Source: Acidobacteriota bacterium (GTDB lineage Bacteria > Acidobacteriota > UBA6911 > RPQK01 > JAJDTT01). From it: 64,000 bases of DNA. The translations under genes and the position numbers were made by a program. Each line of letters starts with the position of its first letter. Position 1 is the stretch's first letter. The stretch spans positions 3,744,001 to 3,808,000 of the forward strand of contig CBDCJH010000002.1 of the NCBI GenBank assembly GCA_965217775.1, given 5' to 3'. The notes beneath the pieces are model-generated. The model had not been told where the DNA came from, ran no database searches, and saw only the letters and a list, made by a program, of their open reading frames with translations. Below, in pieces: positions 20,912 to 30,159 of the stretch.

Positions 20912-21015
20912 AATAAATAAGATAACTATTGATATAAAATAAATTATACTGAAATAATCTATTTTATAAATGTTATCGATGCCCGTTCGTTAGATAAAAT
21001 TCATTGATGGAGAAA

Positions 21016-23313
21016 ATGCAGATGGAATCAGGCAACAATACTTGCATATCAGCCCGTGGCAAAAGTCGTCACGGCATTCGACCGTCCCTGCATCCCGGCG
21101 GACTGCGTTGCGACTCGGTCACATACTCCCGGTATGCTCCCTCATCGCGCCTTGTCCGGCGGGCGCAGGAACGGTCTCGGTGCTCGCGGGACTTTCACCA
21201 CGGACTGATATGCTGGACCCTCACGAAACGCAAGGAGTGCGCCCGGCCCCTATTTATTGCACTAATTCTGCTTTTCCTGTCCCCCTCAATCGTTCATTCA
21301 AAAGGAAAGATGTCTGAACCAAAATATAAAAACAATCTTAAAGTGGAATTCGTACGGGTTCCCATGCGGGACGGCGTCGAGCTGGCGGCCAAGATCGTGC
21401 GGCCCGACGCCGAAGGCCGGTTTCCCGGAGTCATGATGTACTACCCGTATCGTTTTCTGAACGACTCGGAGGACCTGGGCTTCCCCTGGCCCGTCGGGCC
21501 CACCCCCTACCTGGCGGCGAGGGGCTATGCGGTCGTGCAGTACGAAGTCCGCGGGACCGGAAATTCGGGGGGCTGGACGAAAGACATCTACTCCGCCGAC
21601 GAGAGGCGGGACGGCTACGAGATGGTGGAGTGGATCGCCGACCAACCCTGGTGCAACGGCAACGTGGGCATGATGGGGATCTCCTATGGAGGCGTGGTGC
21701 AGTGGCACGTCGCGGTGCAGGCGCCTCCCAGCCTGAAGGCCATCATCGTCCGCTCCGCCAACGACGACGTCTACACCGAGTGGACCTACCCCGGCGGCGT
21801 CCTGCGGCCGTACATGTTCGACACCTTCTCTCCCCTGATGACGGCCTCCAACCTGCTGCCGCCCAATCCGGACATCACCGGCCCCAAGTGGAGCGAAATC
21901 TGGCAAGAGCGACTGCAGAAGAGCGAGCCCTGGGGCATCGGATACATTTCCAACCAGCAGCACGGTCCCTACTGGCAGGACCGTTCGTTGTCGAAGGATT
22001 TCAACCGGGTCAAATGCGCCGTCTACGTCATCGGGGGCTGGTCCGACTGCTACCCCACTGCGCTGCTGAGAGCCTACTCGAACTTGAAGGTTCCCAAACG
22101 GGCGCTGATCGGTCCCTGGGGCCACTGGTGGCCGGAAGTGGAACGGGCGGTCCCGGGACCCAGGATCCAGGGCGGTATCGAGTACGTGAAGTGGTTCGAC
22201 TACTGGCTCAAGGGGATCGACAACGGCGTCATGGACGAACCGCCGGTGACCATCTTCGTCAAGAAGTACAAGAAACCGTCGGCTCGGATGTATGTGGAGG
22301 AACCCGGGGAGTGGCGGTCGGAGCGGGAGTGGCCCATCGCCCGCACCCGGCCGACGCCGCTCTACTTCCACTCCGGCGGCCGGCTGAGCCGCGAGGAAGA
22401 CGCTGCCGAAGGGCGCGACGAGTACGAATACAACCCGATCGCGGGCCTCACATCGGGGATGCACTGGGGCGGCGGTGTTCTCCCCTGGGGAATGCCCATC
22501 GATCAGCGGCTGGACGAAGCCTTCTCCGTGACCTATACGACGCCCCCGCTGGAAGCGGAACTGGAAGTGACGGGGACCCCCACCGCGGTGCTGAACATCT
22601 CCTCGAGCGCCAAGGTCGCCTACTTTCGAGTGAAGCTCATCGACGTGGCCCCCGACGGGACGTCGAAGCTGGTCCGTTACGGGGGACTCAATGCGACTCA
22701 CCGCAACTCCCACTTCGAACCCGAACCCCTGGTGCCGGAACGGACCCACGAAATCAAGGTCGAGTTGAAGACCATTTCCTACGTCTACGCTCCGGGACAC
22801 CGGATCCGGGTGGCCGTCACCAGCGCCGACATCCAGAACGCGTGGCCGACGGCCCAGAGCGCCACCAACACCATCCACCGAGGAGGGAGTTTTCCGTCCC
22901 GGATCATCCTCCCAGTCGTTCCGTCGCAGAGCCCGAGCCTCCCGCCGCCGGATTTGAAGATCCTGCCCCCTGCCGATCCCGACATCCTCGCCAAGCCCAC
23001 GGAATACTCCATCACCCACGACCTGGTGAACGAGACCGCAACGGTCCGGTTGTCCGTGGACGATCGGGAGTACGGCCGGCTCATCGAGTCCAGTTTCACG
23101 GTGTCGTCGAAAGAGCCCGCCAACGCCGTGCTCAAGGCCCGCGCCATCAGGTCGATGAACCGCCCCGGCATGGAGGTTCGGGTGGAGGCGAACGAGGTCA
23201 CCACGAGCGACCCGGAGGCCTTTCACCATGTGGGCCAGGTCGAGGTCCGGGTCAACGGCAAGCGTCACACCAACAAGAGCTGGTCCGTGACCGTGCCCAG
23301 GAAACTGAACTGA
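21016..23313 (+). CDS. CocE/NonD family hydrolase (MITE in frame in the N-terminal leader; start uncertain)
   Basis: VPMRDGVELAA, RGTGNSGG, QPWCNGNVGMMGISYGG nucleophile motif, IGPWGH, GHRIRV. Confidence 0.88.
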   Translation: MQMESGNNTCISARGKSRHGIRPSLHPGGLRCDSVTYSRYAPSSRLVRRAQERSRCSRDFHHGLICWTLTKRKECARPLFIALILLFLSPSIVHSKGKMSEPKYKNNLKVEFVRVPMRDGVELAAKIVRPDAEGRFPGVMMYYPYRFLNDSEDLGFPWPVGPTPYLAARGYAVVQYEVRGTGNSGGWTKDIYSADERRDGYEMVEWIADQPWCNGNVGMMGISYGGVVQWHVAVQAPPSLKAIIVRSANDDVYTEWTYPGGVLRPYMFDTFSPLMTASNLLPPNPDITGPKWSEIWQERLQKSEPWGIGYISNQQHGPYWQDRSLSKDFNRVKCAVYVIGGWSDCYPTALLRAYSNLKVPKRALIGPWGHWWPEVERAVPGPRIQGGIEYVKWFDYWLKGIDNGVMDEPPVTIFVKKYKKPSARMYVEEPGEWRSEREWPIARTRPTPLYFHSGGRLSREEDAAEGRDEYEYNPIAGLTSGMHWGGGVLPWGMPIDQRLDEAFSVTYTTPPLEAELEVTGTPTAVLNISSSAKVAYFRVKLIDVAPDGTSKLVRYGGLNATHRNSHFEPEPLVPERTHEIKVELKTISYVYAPGHRIRVAVTSADIQNAWPTAQSATNTIHRGGSFPSRIILPVVPSQSPSLPPPDLKILPPADPDILAKPTEYSITHDLVNETATVRLSVDDREYGRLIESSFTVSSKEPANAVLKARAIRSMNRPGMEVRVEANEVTTSDPEAFHHVGQVEVRVNGKRHTNKSWSVTVPRKLN
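21049..21208 (+). mobile_element. MITE family 1, copy 2 (160 bp)
   Basis: Same TIRs and body as 13888-14047; TA flanks. Confidence 0.9.
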
Positions 23314-23398
23314 GCCCAAGTCTCCATCGACTGTCGGGCTCCGGCCATTTCGGGAGCGCCAGTGTCGAAACTTCATTCGTCCAGCGGAGGAATCCCTG

Positions 23399-25729
23399 AT
23401 GCGGAGCAGAATATTCGGTGCCTTGCCCCTTGTCCTCTCTGCCAACCTGGTTGGTCTGACGGTGCACTCGTCCCCTCAAAGTGAGAGCTCCCGGACGGCG
23501 CTTATGGGATACGCCGACCCTTTGAGCGTCCAGCCAGGCCAGTCGGTTCGTTTCATGGTCAGCTGCGACTTTGCGGAATATCGAGCCGACATCGTTCGAC
23601 TCATCCACGGTGACATCAATCCAAAGGGGCCCGGATTCAAGGAGGAGTTCATTCACACTCGGGTCAGTGGAGAATACCCGGGGCGACGTCAGGATCTCCG
23701 CGCCGGATCGCACGTCACCGTCCCCGACAGCCTTGCTCTTCGCCTGAGTGGAAGCCTGACGCTTCAGGCGTGGATCGCCGCGAGCACACCCCAAAAAGGC
23801 GTTCAGGGCATTGTCACCAAATGGTCTCCGGCGGACCGTGCCGGCTATGGATTGTTTCTGGACGAGGACGGCAGCCTCGCTCTCTGGCTCTACGACGGCC
23901 GAGGCCGCCTCGTCAAGGTCAGAACGGGGCGGCCTCTTCGGGCCTCGATTCCGGCCAGTTCATATCGTCGCGGAGACAAGTCCAGTGGAATCCGGATGCA
24001 CCAGATGGTCAATCAGACCGACTGGTATTTCGTAGCCGCCACTTTCGACTCGGAAACCGGCAAAGTCGTCCTCTACCAGGATCCGGTCACCTCGTGGCCG
24101 TTGGAGGACACCCGCAGCCGGACCGAAGAGGAGACTTCGGCCCGCTCCGTGCGCAGCAGCCGAGCCGACCTCCTGCTGGCAGGCTACCGAACGGAAGACT
24201 CGGTCGAAGGCGTGTTCAACGGCAAGCTGGAGAGCCCAAAAATCTTTGACCGCGCCCTGAGCCGCCCTGAGATCGAAGCCCTCAAGGAGGGTCAGGAAAT
24301 AGCAGAACCGGTGGCCGCCTGGGACTTCTCGGTCGGAATCTCCACCCGTGATGTAAGAGATACCTCCTCCAACCAACTGCACGGCAAGACAGTGCAGATG
24401 CCGACTCGCGCCGTGACCGGCCACAACTGGACCGGGGCGGAAACGAACTTCAGACTGGCCCCTCGACAATATGGCGCCATTTATTTTCACGACGACGATC
24501 TGGACGACGCCGGGTGGGAGGTTGATTTCGAGTTCAGGATACCGGCCAATCTAAGAAGCGGTGTCTACGCCGCCCGGTTGCGGTCCGGTACTGCGGAAGA
24601 CTACATCCCCTTTTTTGTCCGGCCCGCACCAGGATCTTCGACCGCACCCATCGCCCTTTTGATGCCCACCTTCAGCTACCTGGCCTACGGCGCTTCCGGA
24701 CCCCCTGTCCTGAGTCTCTACAGCTTCCACTCTGACGGAAGCGGCGTCTGCCATGTCTCTTCACGACGTCCGATTCTGAACCTGCGCCCCAAGGTCGTGG
24801 AGAACTGGCAGGGAATCGATCTGGTGCATATGTTCAACGCCGATCTCCACCTGGTGGACTGGCTGGAGGCCAAGGGCTTCCGATATGACGTCATCACCGA
24901 TGGGAACCTCCATGCCGAGGGGGAAGAACTGCTGGCCCCGTACAACGTCGTCATCACCGGCTCCCACCCGGAATACTGGTCCGAGCAGATGCTGGATGGA
25001 CTGCAGGACTATCTGTCCCGGGGCGGCCGGCTGATGTATCTGGGCGGCAACGGCTTCTACTGGGTGACTTCGGTCGACCCCGTCGGAGGGCACACGCTCG
25101 AGGTCCGGCGCAAGGACGGGACCCAGATGTGGGAAGCCGCGCCGGGTGAGTACTACCACAGCACCACCGGGGAACTCGGAGGTCTCTGGCGTTTTCGGGG
25201 CCGGCCTCCCCAGAAGCTGGCAGGGGTCGGATTCACTTCCGTTTCCGCACTTCGGCCGGAGCCGGGAAGACCGTTTCGGCGACAGCCCGGCAGTTTCGAC
25301 CCACGTGCTGCCTTCATCTTCGAGGGTATTGGACCCGACGAGGTGATCGGAGACTTCCCTTCACTCCTTGTTTATGGGGATTACGGGGCTGGCGGATTCG
25401 AGATTGACCGCCTGGACTATCGGCTCGGCACCCCTCCTCACGCACTCCTGCTGGCTACCGCCTCAGGCTACTCCGATGTCTATCAGCACGTCGTGGAGGA
25501 AGTCATGCAGGCGGACTCGATGCAATCCGGGTCCGTCAACCCGTGGGTCCGATCGGATATGGTGTACTTCGAGCATCCCAACGGGGGAGCTGTCTTCTCG
25601 GTCGGTTCAATTGCCTGGGATGCCAGCCTGTCCTACAACCGGTATGACAACAACGTCTCGCGCATCACGGAGAATGTCCTGAAAAAATTCGCTTCGGACG
25701 GATGGTCTCCTGAAGACAACTCGAATTGA
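23399..25729 (+). CDS. N,N-dimethylformamidase beta-subunit family protein with LamG insert
   Basis: GYADPLSVQPG, YGAIYFHDDDLDDAGW, PTFSYLAY, GSHPEYWS, GGRLMYLGGNGFYW, NGGAVFSVGSI. Confidence 0.88.
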   Translation: MRSRIFGALPLVLSANLVGLTVHSSPQSESSRTALMGYADPLSVQPGQSVRFMVSCDFAEYRADIVRLIHGDINPKGPGFKEEFIHTRVSGEYPGRRQDLRAGSHVTVPDSLALRLSGSLTLQAWIAASTPQKGVQGIVTKWSPADRAGYGLFLDEDGSLALWLYDGRGRLVKVRTGRPLRASIPASSYRRGDKSSGIRMHQMVNQTDWYFVAATFDSETGKVVLYQDPVTSWPLEDTRSRTEEETSARSVRSSRADLLLAGYRTEDSVEGVFNGKLESPKIFDRALSRPEIEALKEGQEIAEPVAAWDFSVGISTRDVRDTSSNQLHGKTVQMPTRAVTGHNWTGAETNFRLAPRQYGAIYFHDDDLDDAGWEVDFEFRIPANLRSGVYAARLRSGTAEDYIPFFVRPAPGSSTAPIALLMPTFSYLAYGASGPPVLSLYSFHSDGSGVCHVSSRRPILNLRPKVVENWQGIDLVHMFNADLHLVDWLEAKGFRYDVITDGNLHAEGEELLAPYNVVITGSHPEYWSEQMLDGLQDYLSRGGRLMYLGGNGFYWVTSVDPVGGHTLEVRRKDGTQMWEAAPGEYYHSTTGELGGLWRFRGRPPQKLAGVGFTSVSALRPEPGRPFRRQPGSFDPRAAFIFEGIGPDEVIGDFPSLLVYGDYGAGGFEIDRLDYRLGTPPHALLLATASGYSDVYQHVVEEVMQADSMQSGSVNPWVRSDMVYFEHPNGGAVFSVGSIAWDASLSYNRYDNNVSRITENVLKKFASDGWSPEDNSN

Positions 25730-25745
25730 TCTTCCAACCCCCTTA

Positions 25746-25906
25746 CCAGCCCGTGGCAAAAGTCATCACGGCATTCGACCGTCCCTGCATCCCGGCGGAC
25801 GGCGTTGCGATTCGGGCACATACTCCCGGGTATGCACCCGAATCGCGCCTTGTCCGGCGGGCGCAGGAACGGTCTCGGTGCTCGCGCGACTTTCACCACG
25901 GACTGC
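25746..25906 (+). mobile_element. MITE family 1, copy 3 (161 bp) between convergent genes
   Basis: Same TIRs; one extra G relative to the other copies. Confidence 0.9.
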
Positions 25907-25918
25907 TAACGGGCACGA

Positions 25919-27448
25919 CTAGTTCCCGAGCGCATTCTCACTCCGTCGAGACTTCAAGGCTTCGAGCATCTCAAGTAACTTGCCCACGACCTTGCGCTCG
26001 GCTTGGACTTCCAGATAGCTGTGCTCGCCCCGCCAAGTCTCGAAACCGCCCAGCGGATGGTGTCTGGGCGGGGGAAGATAGCTTCTTCCGCCCGCCAGGG
26101 AAATCGTGAACGTCGACCCGAAAGGGCTCTTCTGCTTCAACTCCAGACCGGTCTCCGCGAAGACTTCATTGGGGATCGCGAGGATTGCCAGATCACCCAT
26201 TCGGACGACCTGCAACGGCCGCATGAGCGTCTCGGGATATTGGCTCAGCAGGGTCGTTTCCAACGCGAAGTACTGCTTCAGCGCCTGGTTCCTGTTGCCG
26301 GGTGAGATCTTGATCGGATACTCGGTCTGGTCCACGATTTGCTGGGCTCGCTCGACTTCGTCCGGACTGGGAAGGCGGACCCCCAGCTCCAACTCGGCGT
26401 TGATCACGTCCAGCGATACCCAGTCCTGGTACTCAAGGGTCTGGTGAACTCGAAAGACCTCGGCGGCCACGACTGCGGCGATCCGATCCACCCAATGATA
26501 CCGGTCCGCCTTGGGCAGGGTCCGCCGGAGGTTTCTCCAGCCGACATCTCCGCTCGTACCGTTGGAGAGTATTCCCACGAACGGCGGATCCTGACGCCGG
26601 ACCTCCAGCAGGCGCTCCATGTGATCGGCGAAGGCTCCGAAGTAGTCGGAAGAAACGTGGCCCGCCGGCACTCCCACGTAGTGCAGCGAATAGTTGGCGA
26701 GGAGAGCGATCGGTCGACCTTCCAGCGACTCGACCGCAACAAATGAAACGTCCGGGTCGACCGGACCGGCCGGTTCCAACAGGTCGGGACTGCCTGCCGG
26801 TGGGTGCATCACGACCTGATCGAATCCCCCCAGGGGATTGTGCACAACGGTTCCGGGCTTCATCTTCCATCTGCGATTGAAGACGAACTCGGGAACCTGG
26901 CCCACACCCCAGGCGATCCGGGCCGGCACCAGATGGTTGATGGCAAGCTGAACCCCGTCCGCGATCTTCAACTTGAGCAGCCGCAGGTAGTCCTCATCCG
27001 GCTCCATCTGGTTGGCCTTGACCAGCGCCGGAGCCGAATGGGTGTGGGTCGCCGACATCAGCATGTGTTCGACGGGGATGCCGGTTCGCTGATGGGTCAG
27101 TTGCTTGATCTCCCACCAGAGCTGCTGGGAAACAATCGTGTTGTCGACGACGACGATCGCCAGTCGCGTCTCGCCGTCGTCCAGGACGAGGCAACGAGCC
27201 TTCAACTCATCGTGAATGTGTTCCGCTCGCCGGTCATGGAGCGCACCGGCCAGGGAAATTCCCAGCCACGGCGTGATATTGCCGGTGGCGGCCCCAGCCT
27301 TGAACTGTCTGGCCCCCTGCGCGGCAAGGAGTTGGTCTGACTGAATCCAGCAGGTGACTGCCAGAGCCACGCCCGACAGGTAGAGAAATCGCCACAACGT
27401 TCCGCGACGCCCGTTTGCCGATGACTTCCCTGCTCCCGCAGCATTCAT
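25919..27448 (-). CDS. Neutral/alkaline ceramidase-like amidohydrolase
   Basis: GAATGNITP, HDELKARCLVLDDG, SATHTHSAP, FNRRW, NYSLHYVG, NGTSGD, PNEVFAETGL. Confidence 0.8.
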   Translation of the reverse strand: MNAAGAGKSSANGRRGTLWRFLYLSGVALAVTCWIQSDQLLAAQGARQFKAGAATGNITPWLGISLAGALHDRRAEHIHDELKARCLVLDDGETRLAIVVVDNTIVSQQLWWEIKQLTHQRTGIPVEHMLMSATHTHSAPALVKANQMEPDEDYLRLLKLKIADGVQLAINHLVPARIAWGVGQVPEFVFNRRWKMKPGTVVHNPLGGFDQVVMHPPAGSPDLLEPAGPVDPDVSFVAVESLEGRPIALLANYSLHYVGVPAGHVSSDYFGAFADHMERLLEVRRQDPPFVGILSNGTSGDVGWRNLRRTLPKADRYHWVDRIAAVVAAEVFRVHQTLEYQDWVSLDVINAELELGVRLPSPDEVERAQQIVDQTEYPIKISPGNRNQALKQYFALETTLLSQYPETLMRPLQVVRMGDLAILAIPNEVFAETGLELKQKSPFGSTFTISLAGGRSYLPPPRHHPLGGFETWRGEHSYLEVQAERKVVGKLLEMLEALKSRRSENALGN

Positions 27449-27505
27449 AATCCGTCTCCCAACCCGACAAATGATCCGCTGAACACAGGGCGGCGGAGCC
27501 TAGGA

Positions 27506-29970
27506 CTGCCCTTTCCCCACATCTCGTGCCGGGCGCATCAGCCTGGGTCTGATTTCATTCATCCGTCTTCTCGTAGAGCGAAGCCCAGACACATGCCGTA
27601 GAGCGTGACGTAGCCTTGCCACATCAGTTGATGCCCGGGTGGGGGGTCGTGTTTACGAGCCAGATATCCCCCCAGGCGGGCCAGCACGAGCACGGCCGCC
27701 CCCAAGTCTTTCGGCGCTGGGAATCCTCGCGACGCGGCAAACGCCCCCAGGACCCGGATTTCCAGATCGGAAAACAGCAACTGCGCCGGCAGGTCCGGGT
27801 CCTCTCGCCCCAGCAGTGTCATCAGCATGATCCGCCAAGCGATGACGGCGTGCATGGCGATGGCCCGTTTCAGACGTTCGGCGGATTGGTGCTGGAGCTG
27901 TTGCACCCGGCATCCGGTCTTGAGCACCCGGAAATAATCCTCCACCCGCCAACGCAGGGCGTACCATCTCAGCAGTTGCTGCGCCGTCTCGACATCGGTC
28001 ACGGGCAAAGTGGTGAGCAGGAACCATTCCAGGCGCTTCCCGTTCGCCGGCGGCGCGACCTCCCGCGCGTGAACCACCGACAGTCTCAGCGACGGGATGC
28101 CGCTCGGGTTCCCGCGCGGCGCCGGAATCGTCAGGGTCTCGTAGCGCAGTTCCATACGAGCCACCCGCGCCGGCCGCGCCGGGCGGGCCGCCTGCTTGCT
28201 GGCCTTGATCCGCGCACTCTGACGCTTCACCTCCAGCAGCATCTGGGCCCGCACCGGCGCCGATCGCAGACGCCCGAACAGCTTCCGCTTCTGCTCCTGG
28301 TCCGGATCCGCGCCTTTCCCGGCCGTCTTCGCCCGGGTCTTCCGCTTCAGCACCCGATCCTGCTTCGCACGCACCACCAACTCCACCTCCGGAGTCGCTC
28401 GTTGCTCGGCGAACAGGGCGAAAAAATCCGCCGCCCGGTCCACCACGCTGACCACCCGCACTCCGTCCAGTGACCGCGACACCTCGGCGCAGTCCCGAAG
28501 TCCCTCGATCCAGCGATACGTCTTCTTCTTTTTCTGCGTGGCCGCCGGTCCCGGCTTCGGCGCGTCCATCTTTGCCCGCAACACCCCCAGCGGCAGCCCC
28601 GTCTCACTCACCACCAGCGTCGCGTGCAGATGCAGTCCCCGCGCCGTCGCTCCCGTCTGGTTGCGCCCGATCACCCCCAGTCCCTCACACTGGCCGTGCC
28701 GCGTGAAGTTCAGATCGCTTCCGTCCTGGATGCACAGCACCGTCCGCTGCCCCTGCATCCGCTGTCGCGTCCGCTCCCGGTGCGGGGCCAGGATGTTCTC
28801 GACCGTCACCGCCGAGGCTTCCGGCTGGTCAATCAGCCGGTAGTATCCCTTGACCGCCGCCGGATCGCCCCGCGCCACTCCCGTGAACGCCCGCCCCGGC
28901 TCCTGCGCCTGACGCTCCGCACTCTCCACCAATCGCCGACTCAAGCGCCGGTCTCCCAGCGGCGCCCCGCCCAACTCCTGCTGAGCCCAGCCCTCTCCCT
29001 CCAGTCCCTCGCCCTCCGACATCGGTTCCACTCCCCGCCTCGGCGCCGGTCCCACCCCCAACCGCCGCCGCCAATCCCGGCACAACTCATACCCATAGAT
29101 CGCCTTGCTCGTCTCCGCCGCCCGGTGCGCCCGATCTTGCCGGCCTCGACCTTGCGTCTTCCCCAGAACCCTCCAGTTCGAGGCGCGCAAACTGGCCCCA
29201 TCGTGGCGGTCCGTCTCCACGAAGGTCTCCACCAGCCAGGGCCGGTAGCCGTAGCGCGCTTGGAACTCCGGACCCAGCCGCCGCAACGCCTCCCCCAGCA
29301 CCCGGGAGGCCAGATTACGACATCTCACCGACGGACGGATCAGAAACCGGCTCAACCCCACCACCCGGTGCAGGTGCGCCCGGCGTTGTTCCTCATCCCA
29401 ACCGATCCAGCGGTCCCGGTCCCGCAACCGCAACGCCGCCGCCCCGAAGCCCAAGCCCCCCAGCCAACCGTGGGCCGAGCCCACCAGATAGCGTAACTGA
29501 GCACCCACCAACGGCCCCGCGCCCCGCGGATGCTCTCGCGCCATCAACTCGTTCCAGAGCGCTCGCAGCGGACTCGTCTCCACCAGAATCAATTCCAGCT
29601 CCCGCACGCCGTCCACCGTCGCGGGCACTCCCACCGCCTCCGGCACCGCTCGGCCCAGTCCTCGGGGCCCGCAATGTTTCACCCGCCGTCGCGGCGTCGG
29701 CAGACGAATCCGTCCGCGCGCCTCCAACTCCCGTAGCGCCTTCAGGCAGCCGCTGCGTTGCGCCCGCCCTCGGGCATCGTGAAATCCAAACTCCGAGCAG
29801 ACCCGGTCTGCCAGCGCCGTCCGGTGGGCGAACTTCTCCCGCCTCATCACGGCGTGTAAACGATCCAACTCTCGGCTCAAAGTGCGCTTGATCTGGTTCT
29901 GAACTACCATGTCGTGGAGACTACGACAGGCAATCTTGTTTGTCCAGCATTACTTGTGGGTATAGGGCAG
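27506..29970 (-). mobile_element. Complete IS4-family element (2465 bp) with 8-bp target duplication GCCTAGGA
   Basis: TIRs CTGCCCTTTCCCCACA / TGTGGGTATAGGGCAG; GCCTAGGA at 27498-27505 and 29971-29978. Confidence 0.92.
27559..29910 (-). CDS. IS4-family (IS50/Tn5-like) transposase with N-terminal DUF4338 domain
   Basis: LGDRRLSRRL, IQDGSDL, VDR.ADFF, Y..RWRVEDYFRVLKTGC (YREK), LARLGGY..DPPPG; N-terminal RFLIRPSV..NLAS, ETFVE, NWR.LGKTQGRGR. Confidence 0.9.
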   Translation of the reverse strand: MVVQNQIKRTLSRELDRLHAVMRREKFAHRTALADRVCSEFGFHDARGRAQRSGCLKALRELEARGRIRLPTPRRRVKHCGPRGLGRAVPEAVGVPATVDGVRELELILVETSPLRALWNELMAREHPRGAGPLVGAQLRYLVGSAHGWLGGLGFGAAALRLRDRDRWIGWDEEQRRAHLHRVVGLSRFLIRPSVRCRNLASRVLGEALRRLGPEFQARYGYRPWLVETFVETDRHDGASLRASNWRVLGKTQGRGRQDRAHRAAETSKAIYGYELCRDWRRRLGVGPAPRRGVEPMSEGEGLEGEGWAQQELGGAPLGDRRLSRRLVESAERQAQEPGRAFTGVARGDPAAVKGYYRLIDQPEASAVTVENILAPHRERTRQRMQGQRTVLCIQDGSDLNFTRHGQCEGLGVIGRNQTGATARGLHLHATLVVSETGLPLGVLRAKMDAPKPGPAATQKKKKTYRWIEGLRDCAEVSRSLDGVRVVSVVDRAADFFALFAEQRATPEVELVVRAKQDRVLKRKTRAKTAGKGADPDQEQKRKLFGRLRSAPVRAQMLLEVKRQSARIKASKQAARPARPARVARMELRYETLTIPAPRGNPSGIPSLRLSVVHAREVAPPANGKRLEWFLLTTLPVTDVETAQQLLRWYALRWRVEDYFRVLKTGCRVQQLQHQSAERLKRAIAMHAVIAWRIMLMTLLGREDPDLPAQLLFSDLEIRVLGAFAASRGFPAPKDLGAAVLVLARLGGYLARKHDPPPGHQLMWQGYVTLYGMCLGFALREDG

Positions 29971-29976
29971 GCCTAG

Positions 29977-30135
29977 GAGCCTGCGCCGTAGAAATGATCG
30001 TAGCGAGAAAGTGGGGAATCGAGGCCAGATTTTCTCGATTTGGAGGTGCATAGTCGTTCTATTCGCCGAGAAATCGAGGAAATCTGGACCGATTCTACCG
30101 CTTTCGCAGTAGATTGATTTCTGCGGCGCAGGCTC
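29977..30135. mobile_element. MITE family 2 (long hairpin, CTAG flanks)
   Basis: TIRs GAGCCTGCGCCGTAGAAAT / ATTTCTGCGGCGCAGGCTC; internal inverted repeats; CTAG on both sides. Confidence 0.8.
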
Positions 30136-30159
30136 CTAGGACCAACAGTGTCGCGACCT

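Noticed and set aside
21298-23445. Long antisense or alternate-frame ORFs (also 3863-5620, 15787-17472, 39553-41454, 43178-45058)
   Set aside because: Shadow ORFs of GC-rich genes with no recognisable motifs
29100-29910. Druantia anti-phage system
   Set aside because: DUF4338 is fused to a transposase inside TIRs and a target duplication; no DruE helicase or other dru genes are present
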